From positions 1 to 40,015 of the forward strand of contig JAZFTU010000153.1 in the NCBI GenBank assembly GCA_036446855.1: a stretch of DNA of 40,015 nt, in the 5' to 3' direction. The notes below the pieces were generated by a model, which was not told where the DNA came from, searched no databases, and saw only the letters and a program-made list of their open reading frames with translations. The translations under genes and the position numbers were made by a program. Origin of the DNA: Candidatus Hydrothermarchaeaceae archaeon. GTDB taxonomy: Archaea; Hydrothermarchaeota; Hydrothermarchaeia; Hydrothermarchaeales; Hydrothermarchaeaceae. Of the stretch, positions 34,617 through 40,015 are shown in pieces; positions within the stretch are counted from its first letter, which is position 1; each line of letters opens with the position of its first letter.

Positions 34617-35329
34617 TTAGGGGGCTTAAAAGTGCACTGGGATTTCTAACGATATTACCCGTGGGAATGGACTTAGATACCAAAGTTGTTGCAAGAAGCG
34701 TCTGGCTGTTTCCACCCGTAGGGGTATTTATCGCGATTCTTTCGGCGATGGTTTATAAAGTTTTGATCTTGTATTTACCAAATTCCATTTCGGCGGCTTT
34801 TGCCCTCTTTGCGCTTCTCGTCCTGACAGGTTTTCACCACCTCGATGGACTCTTGGATTTCGGCGATGGGGTGATGTGCGTTGGAAATTTTGAAAGGAGG
34901 AGAAGAGCAATGTATGATGTCAATATCGGTGCCGGCGGATTTGCCATTGGATTTTTTGTCCTCTTAATAACTTTTGCAGCTCTTCTCGAAAATGACTCGA
35001 TAGTTAGAGGGCTCATTGTAGCCGAGGCCTCTGCAAAGTTTTCTATGGTACTTTTGGCATTTGCAGGAAAAGAGTCACATATGGGGATGGGCAGCGCATT
35101 TACTAATGCCGTGGACTTTAGACTTTTATTAATCACGCTTGTTTTTTACCTCCCGACTCTTGCCATCCTGCCCATGGAAAAAGGGATAGTTGTGTTTTTC
35201 GGAACGGTTGCTATCTCTCTTGTTATGACCATTATTTCCTCAAAACTTTTTGGAGGAGTTTCAGGGGACGTTTTTGGCGCAATGAACGAGATTACCCGGA
35301 TGGCCGTACTTGTGGTGCTGCTCCTATGA
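34613..35329 (+). CDS. cobS: Adenosylcobinamide-GDP ribazoletransferase (cobalamin synthase)
   Basis: LKSALGFLTILPV, HHLDGLLDFGDG, multi-TM. ATGA overlap upstream. Confidence 0.9.
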   Translation: MIRGLKSALGFLTILPVGMDLDTKVVARSVWLFPPVGVFIAILSAMVYKVLILYLPNSISAAFALFALLVLTGFHHLDGLLDFGDGVMCVGNFERRRRAMYDVNIGAGGFAIGFFVLLITFAALLENDSIVRGLIVAEASAKFSMVLLAFAGKESHMGMGSAFTNAVDFRLLLITLVFYLPTLAILPMEKGIVVFFGTVAISLVMTIISSKLFGGVSGDVFGAMNEITRMAVLVVLLL

Positions 35330-35922
35330 AACTTAGTGCTCTGATTATGGCAGGAGGGAAGGGGACGAGGCTTGGAGCAGGGGTAGAAAAGCCGCTTTTA
35401 GAGCTAAACGGCAAATTTTTAATAGATTATGTAATTCGGGCCGTAGAAAGGTCCGGGCACATAGGCCAGATATGGGGAGTGACCAGCCCTTACACAAAAA
35501 AGACTGAAGAATACTTAAAAAAAAAGAATCTCAAAGTGCTTCGAACGCCGGGAAAGGGATATGTGGAGGATTTGGTGCTTGCAATTAGCAGGCTGGACCT
35601 CGAAAAAACGCTGGTTGTCTCAGCGGACATTCCTCTTTTGACATCCCGAGACATAGACTGGGTAATCAGAAAATATCTAGTGCAGGGACTTTCTGCCCTT
35701 TCTGTTGTTTTGCCTCTTGACATTGTAGAAAAAAGTGGCGTTCGCCCAGATACCATCATAGAGGGGCATGTCCCCGCAGGAATTAATATTATTGACGGAA
35801 AAAATTTAAATGGTGACGAATTCAAACTTATAACAAAGAAATCAAAATTCGCAATAAATGTGAATACAATTGGAGACTTTAAACTTGCTCTAAGGAGGAT
35901 AAAATATGCCAGTAAGCAGTGA
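35326..35922 (+). CDS. cobY: Archaeal adenosylcobinamide-phosphate guanylyltransferase
   Basis: ALIMAGGKGTRLG nucleotidyltransferase motif, about 198 aa. Located after cobS with an ATGA overlap. Confidence 0.8.
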   Translation: MKLSALIMAGGKGTRLGAGVEKPLLELNGKFLIDYVIRAVERSGHIGQIWGVTSPYTKKTEEYLKKKNLKVLRTPGKGYVEDLVLAISRLDLEKTLVVSADIPLLTSRDIDWVIRKYLVQGLSALSVVLPLDIVEKSGVRPDTIIEGHVPAGINIIDGKNLNGDEFKLITKKSKFAINVNTIGDFKLALRRIKYASKQ

Positions 35923-36181
35923 ACTGTTAGAGATTCTTGCATGCCCAATAGACAAAAAAGATGTGGAATATAAAAAAGATGCCGACTTTTTGAATTGTAC
36001 AATTTGTGACATTAGATATCTTGCAGATAGAGTTAAGGGGGAGACCTGCCCCAAGTGCAGTGGGAAGATGGAAAAGATAAAGGGAGAAGTTTTAATCTGC
36101 AGCGAATGCAATAGATGGTACCCGATAATAGACGACATCCCGCACATGCTGCCTGATGAACTGAGGGAAGATTTGGCCTAA
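35906..36181 (+). CDS. Trm112-like zinc-ribbon protein with an inserted extra CxxC pair
   Basis: LLEILACPIDKKDV...CSECNRWYPIIDDIPHMLPDE is the Trm112/UPF0434 pattern. The insertion carries CTIC...CPKC. AAGGAGGA lies 8 nt upstream. Overlaps cobY by 17 nt. Confidence 0.7.
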   Translation: MPVSSELLEILACPIDKKDVEYKKDADFLNCTICDIRYLADRVKGETCPKCSGKMEKIKGEVLICSECNRWYPIIDDIPHMLPDELREDLA

Positions 36182-37365
36182 CTTTTCAATAGAAACTGCA
36201 TAAATTCCTCTCCTTTGAGAAGACCTGCACTACCGTTTTTTGCCGAAGATTCATCGAATTTAATGTTATCTCCCCTGCCCCCGTTTGGGGAATAAACCGC
36301 AAAGGGTACCGGGCCTTTGGCATGTGTTTTTGTCTTTACTGGCGTCATGTGGTCAGGGAGTACTGCTATTGTGAACTCCTCGCCACTGTCAAGCAGAGTG
36401 CCCAAAACCTTCTCGTCAAATTCCTCAATTGTTTTGATCTTCATCTCCAGGTCGCCGGCATGTGATGCCTCGTCAATGGACTCTACGTGCACATAGACAT
36501 AATCGAAATTTTTGAGGGCGCTAAGTGCGTATTTTGCCTTAGCTTTATAGTCGGTATCATAGTATCCAGTTGCGCCAGGCACCTCTATTACTCCCATTCC
36601 TGCATAGAGTCCTATTCCTTTTATGAGGTCCACTGCAGAAATTACAGCCCCGTTTATCCCGTATTTCTCCTTCATGGGAATTATTTTTGGCCTTTCGCCC
36701 TGTCCCCAGAGCCAAATCATATTTGCAGGGTTCTTACCTTCTTTCGCCCTCTTTTTGTTTACCGGATGGCTTTCTAGGATACCTTTTGAATCCAGTGTCA
36801 TCCTGTTTAGCATTTCTGCCACTTTATCGCCTTTGGGTTTTATCAGGTGCTTTTTTATCTCCTCGCCGGCAACGTCATGCGGGGGTGTGCAAATTAAATC
36901 TCTTTTTTGCTTTAGTATGAACAGGTGCCTGTAGCCAACGCCAGTATAGAACGTTCCTATATCAAATGCCTTCTCCATCTCCGCGATGAGTATTCCTGCT
37001 TCCTTGGTTGATATATGGTCTGCACAGTAATCGGCAATAAAGCCCTCCCTTTCGGTAATAAGGTTGCATCTGAATGCTAGTTCAGAGGGGCCCATCTCTA
37101 TTCCGATGCTTGCAGCCTCAAGTGGCCCTCTACCCGTATAGCACTCTTTTGGGTCATAGCCCATGATTGAAAGGTTCGCAATGTCTGAACCCGCTTTCAT
37201 GCCTTCAGGTATTGTGGCAAGGAGGCCGTTTTTTCCTCTTTTTGCTATCGTATCTAGGTTCGGCTTTCTTGCTACCTGCAAGGGGGTTTTTTTGGAGAGC
37301 CCCTCTATGGGATAATCTGCCATTCCATCGCCGATGACTACAACGTATTTCATTTTCATGGGCAT
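36178..37365 (-). CDS. apgM: 2,3-bisphosphoglycerate-independent phosphoglycerate mutase, archaeal type
   Basis: MPMKMKYVVVIGDGMADYP, VESIDEASHAGD and VLPDHMTPV. The start is uncertain. The track ORF starts at 37443 (ATGA overlap with hom) but adds an atypical 26-aa Arg-rich N-terminus that contains a hairpin (37392-37409). Confidence 0.88.
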   Translation of the reverse strand: MPMKMKYVVVIGDGMADYPIEGLSKKTPLQVARKPNLDTIAKRGKNGLLATIPEGMKAGSDIANLSIMGYDPKECYTGRGPLEAASIGIEMGPSELAFRCNLITEREGFIADYCADHISTKEAGILIAEMEKAFDIGTFYTGVGYRHLFILKQKRDLICTPPHDVAGEEIKKHLIKPKGDKVAEMLNRMTLDSKGILESHPVNKKRAKEGKNPANMIWLWGQGERPKIIPMKEKYGINGAVISAVDLIKGIGLYAGMGVIEVPGATGYYDTDYKAKAKYALSALKNFDYVYVHVESIDEASHAGDLEMKIKTIEEFDEKVLGTLLDSGEEFTIAVLPDHMTPVKTKTHAKGPVPFAVYSPNGGRGDNIKFDESSAKNGSAGLLKGEEFMQFLLKS

Positions 37366-37439
37366 TCTCGTCACTCGCTCCTCGAATGCAGTACTCCGCC
37401 TGCGGAGTAAGGATTCACTCGCAGGTAGGTTTTTGCATC

Positions 37440-38444
37440 TCATTGTGAATCCCAGATGCTTATTAAATCGGAGAGGATTGCACTATTTGTCTCTATCGCA
37501 CCTGCCCCCTTTCCAACGATGGTAATCTCACCTGCGACGTCAGTCTCAAATGTGGCCACGTTTAAAGTGCCTTCTACGTTTAGGGGGTGGTTTACCGGAA
37601 CTAAACGGGGAGAAACTTCAAGGCGATTGTCACTTACCTCCCCAATAAGCTTTACCACGTAGCCCCCATCTTTTGCGAGCTTTATGGCCTCAGGGGTGAC
37701 ATTTCTTATGCCCTGGATTTTTACATCCGCGTATGTAGCGTCTGTCCCCATAATGGCATTAGAAAGTATTACAAGCTTGCTTGCAGTATCGATGCCATCG
37801 ATATCGTATGCAGGGTCTGCTTCTGCAATTCCCAGCTCCTGCGCCTCCCTCAATACTATGTCAAAAGGACTCTCGTCTTTAAGCATTCGTGAAAGAATGT
37901 AATTTGTGGTTCCGTTTAGTATCCCCCGTATGGCAATTATTTCATCGCCAGATAGGCATCGACTTGCGAGATTTAAAACCGGCATTGCACCCCCGACGCT
38001 TGCCTCGAATCTGAATTGAACGTTGTGATTTTCTGATGCCTTCTTAAGCTTACTGAAGTTCAGCGCCAATGGCCCCTTATTGGAAGTTACTACGTGCTTT
38101 TTTATTTCCATTGCCTTGAGCATGTGCGAAAGGCCAGGTTCGCCAGTTTTTATATTGGAGACGGTAGCCTCAATGACAACATCTGCGTTTATCTTTTGAA
38201 TGGCCTCGATGCTGGACATCTTTGTTGCATCTGGATGGTTTATTAGCTTTCCACGTTTACTCATAGCGTCCAGGGCCTTTTTTAAATTCACGCCTTTCTC
38301 GTCTGACACAGTACCGGAAATATCTGATATCGATACAACTTTTATGTCAAGGCCGTATGCCTTTTTTAGCGCCACTCTCTTCCTCAGAAGAACCTTTGCA
38401 AATCCCTGGCCAATGTTCCCAAATCCCACAAGCTGTACTTTCAC
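37440..38444 (-). CDS. hom: Homoserine dehydrogenase
   Basis: [17 protein letters not shown] (Rossmann fold). The central catalytic domain is colinear with Hom. 334 aa. Confidence 0.88.
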   Translation of the reverse strand: MKVQLVGFGNIGQGFAKVLLRKRVALKKAYGLDIKVVSISDISGTVSDEKGVNLKKALDAMSKRGKLINHPDATKMSSIEAIQKINADVVIEATVSNIKTGEPGLSHMLKAMEIKKHVVTSNKGPLALNFSKLKKASENHNVQFRFEASVGGAMPVLNLASRCLSGDEIIAIRGILNGTTNYILSRMLKDESPFDIVLREAQELGIAEADPAYDIDGIDTASKLVILSNAIMGTDATYADVKIQGIRNVTPEAIKLAKDGGYVVKLIGEVSDNRLEVSPRLVPVNHPLNVEGTLNVATFETDVAGEITIVGKGAGAIETNSAILSDLISIWDSQ

Positions 38445-38944
38445 ACGCTTGCCTCCAAACTCCTTATTATTGCAAGGTCCTTTTCCCCTGCTATCTCCAC
38501 GAGCCTTTTCATTGCCGCCTTTATCTTTGCATCACTTGATAATTCGATGTCCAGCCGTGCCGATGACTCTTTGTCAGGATGGGGCATTGCAAGAGCAACA
38601 TCAGCAACCATGACGCCCGGTATCTCATTCATTTTATCTACCGTGTCACGAAGGTCAGTATCAACGATATGCCCAATCAAGACAACGGTAATCTTTTCCT
38701 TTTTCTTTATCTCCCCTGCCTTTGATACCCATATGTCTTCTTCTTCCAGTTCTTTTATAATCCTGCCCAATTTTTCTTTGTTTTCCACTTCGATGGTTAC
38801 ACGTATCGGGACTCTGCCCCCTTTTATTGCATCCCTTTCATGGACTATGCTTATTATATTCCCACCAAATTTTGAGATGGGGCCGAGGGCTTTTACAAGC
38901 TGCCCTGGGATATCCTTTAGAACTATATCGAGGCCTATTTTCAT
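38441..38944 (-). CDS. ACT-domain protein (two ACT-like repeats), translationally coupled to hom
   Basis: 167 aa with two beta-alpha-beta-beta-alpha-beta-like halves ([28 protein letters not shown] and [27 protein letters not shown]). 4-nt overlap with hom. Confidence 0.7.
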   Translation of the reverse strand: MKIGLDIVLKDIPGQLVKALGPISKFGGNIISIVHERDAIKGGRVPIRVTIEVENKEKLGRIIKELEEEDIWVSKAGEIKKKEKITVVLIGHIVDTDLRDTVDKMNEIPGVMVADVALAMPHPDKESSARLDIELSSDAKIKAAMKRLVEIAGEKDLAIIRSLEASV

Positions 38945-39068
38945 ACCTTTTTATTCGTCCATGCTTGTTATTAAACGTTTTTGGATAGGGAGCTTTGAAA
39001 AAATATATCGAACATGTTCGGAGTAACTATGATATATCCTCTACCTCGATATATATCTAGGTGATATT

Positions 39069-39296
39069 ATGACTACAATTGACGTCAGAGGCTGGACGCC
39101 AGTAAAAAGGCATCCCGCTATCTTTGAGAAGTTCAACTCCCTAAAACCAGGCGAGTCCCTTACCCTGATAAACGACCACAACCCAGAGCCCCTTTTTTAT
39201 CAGATGAAGGCGACGCGTAGCGATTTCGATGCCGATGCCTATACCGTCAAAGAAGAGGCCCCGGATAAATGGGTAGCGAACTTTAAGAAGAAATGA
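39069..39296 (+). CDS. DUF2249-family small protein
   Basis: IDVRGWTPVKRHPAIFEKFNSLKPGESLTLINDHNPEPLFYQM matches the DUF2249 pattern as I recall it. AGGTGA upstream. Confidence 0.7.
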   Translation: MTTIDVRGWTPVKRHPAIFEKFNSLKPGESLTLINDHNPEPLFYQMKATRSDFDADAYTVKEEAPDKWVANFKKK

Positions 39297-39312
39297 ACAA
39301 GAAACTTACGTA

Positions 39313-39546
39313 ATGTTGCAGCATGAAACGGAAGAGGATGTAGCCTGCCCCACTTGCCAGGATAAGATGGAAATACGAAAAACCCAGCTTATGGGTCTGG
39401 ATGTAACCACCCTTGTGTGCGTGCGGTGTGGGGAGGTTATTTATGATTTCTCAGGAAAGGGCGAGAGTTGCAGGGATTCTTCTGCCTGTAGTGCCTGCCT
39501 GTGGAGAGAATTATCACACGGGGAGATGAGGAAAGGTAAGATTTGA
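39313..39546 (+). CDS. Hypothetical zinc-ribbon protein
   Basis: CPTC...CVRCG pair, then CSAC. Starts 16 nt after the DUF2249 gene. No family was recognised. Confidence 0.4.
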   Translation: MLQHETEEDVACPTCQDKMEIRKTQLMGLDVTTLVCVRCGEVIYDFSGKGESCRDSSACSACLWRELSHGEMRKGKI

Positions 39547-39658
39547 ACAAAATAGAGGTCAGGATGGATGCTATTTCAAACGTCGAAAATTTACCGCCGC
39601 AAGCTGCGAAGTTTCAGGTGTTTGGAGAAACAGAAGGCGGGTTACTCCCAGCACGCCA

Positions 39659-39715
39659 GTCGAAAAAAGCGGGTTTCAGTGGGATTTGATTCCACGATTC
39701 CCGCGACTTTTCGAC
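39659..39715. other. 57-nt three-tier extended hairpin (possible small RNA or recombination/attachment site)
   Basis: GTCGAAAA/TTTTCGAC (39659-66 with 39708-15), GCGGG/CCCGC (39669-73 with 39700-04) and GTGGG/TCCAC (39679-83 with 39691-95, one G-U pair), with a 7-nt loop ATTTGAT. Confidence 0.4.
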
Positions 39716-39791
39716 ACCACAAGGGGTTATTTTTTCTGGGGGAAACCCTAATAAGAAATGAGCTTCTCGAAAATAGAAGGAGTTGAATACC

Positions 39792-40015
39792 ATGCCCTAC
39801 AAGGCTGAACCAGGTGGGTCCGGGAAGAGCGATGCTAGACTCATCTCAAAGATTAGGGAAAAGATTGAAACCCTAGAAGACAAGTCTAAGAAAAAACTTG
39901 CAAAAAAGTATCTCGGTTTTATGGACCTTACGGATTTACATCCGGAGACTATAAAGAGCAGGATGATTGCTACTCTCCCTCTTTTGGAGAGTGTTAGTGA
40001 CCCTAAGGCAATAAC
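39792..40015 (+). CDS. Partial ORF running off the right edge. Possibly the N-terminus of a tyrosine-recombinase-like protein (weak).
   Basis: AAGGAG lies 11 nt upstream of ATG 39792. The ORF is open to the window end: MPYKAEPGGSGKSDARLISKIREKIETLEDKSKKKLAKKYLGFMDLTDLHPETIKSRMIATLPLLESV. The YL.F...L.P.TI..R pattern is reminiscent of integrase N-terminal SAM-like domains. Confidence 0.3.
   Translation, partial: MPYKAEPGGSGKSDARLISKIREKIETLEDKSKKKLAKKYLGFMDLTDLHPETIKSRMIATLPLLESVSDPKAI

Noticed and set aside
39679-39695. A T-arm-like stem-loop (GTGGG-ATTTGAT-TCCAC) suggesting a tRNA or tRNA fragment.
   Set aside because: The loop lacks the TTCRA consensus. No D-arm, anticodon arm or 7-bp acceptor stem can be built from the flanks. 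I kept it only as part of the generic hairpin finding.
39568-39786. A 72-aa plus-strand ORF (MLFQTSKIYRRKLRSFRCLEK...).
   Set aside because: It is highly basic and low-complexity with no ribosome-binding site. It is largely occupied by the extended hairpin and is more likely non-coding.
1-40015. CRISPR arrays, rRNA and tRNA genes, and long tandem-repeat arrays.
   Set aside because: I saw no regularly spaced direct repeats, no rRNA-like conserved blocks, and no GGTTCGAATCC-type T-loops in intergenic regions. The only tandem repeat seen is the two-unit 9-mer at 30265-30285. This was a visual scan only, so tRNAscan/Infernal and a repeat finder should confirm it.

Overview
The window is an archaeal chromosomal segment. 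This is supported by an MCM helicase, an NMD3 homologue, HdrA/MvhD, CobY-type cobalamin salvage, archaeal-type ApgM, and TATA-box or leaderless promoter geometry. The gene content fits a methane-metabolising or related anaerobic euryarchaeote, but I cannot assign a taxon from sequence alone.

Layout from left to right:
- 1-871: a decayed DDE transposase.
- 0.9-3 kb: small accessory ORFs and an unusual membrane cytochrome.
- 3.2-12.8 kb: housekeeping genes (ahcY, DUF116, TatD-like, mcm plus an OB-fold partner, DUF424, NMD3, hdrA-mvhD).
- 13.0-16.2 kb, minus strand: a tight four-gene cassette of acyl carrier protein, AMP-forming ligase, hexapeptide-repeat acyltransferase and AcpS-type phosphopantetheinyl transferase. 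This is atypical for archaea and is my best candidate for an undescribed system.
- 16.3-18.3 kb: a HAD phosphatase and an orphan secretion-type ATPase.
- 18.3-20.4 kb: a metal-homeostasis module. It contains an ArsR fusion regulator, a NicO-type Ni/Co permease, NikR, recurring palindromes, and a 57-aa CbtB-like ORF that falls below the ORF-track cutoff.
- 20.4-36.2 kb: a near-complete anaerobic cobalamin supercluster (cbiX-C-D-ET, cobT, cbiL-F-G-H-J, cobD, cbiP, cbiB, cbiZ-like, cobS, cobY). Most junctions show ATGA/GTGA start-stop overlaps. Four non-canonical genes are embedded in it: a Cys-rich small-domain protein, a stand-alone receiver, a QueG/RdhA-like mini Fe-S protein, and a Trm112-like zinc ribbon.
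- 36.2-39.0 kb, minus strand: apgM, hom and an ACT-domain gene.
- 39.0-40.0 kb: small ORFs, a long hairpin and a partial ORF at the right edge.

I found no rRNA, tRNA or CRISPR array. All family assignments come from motif recognition by eye, not from database searches.
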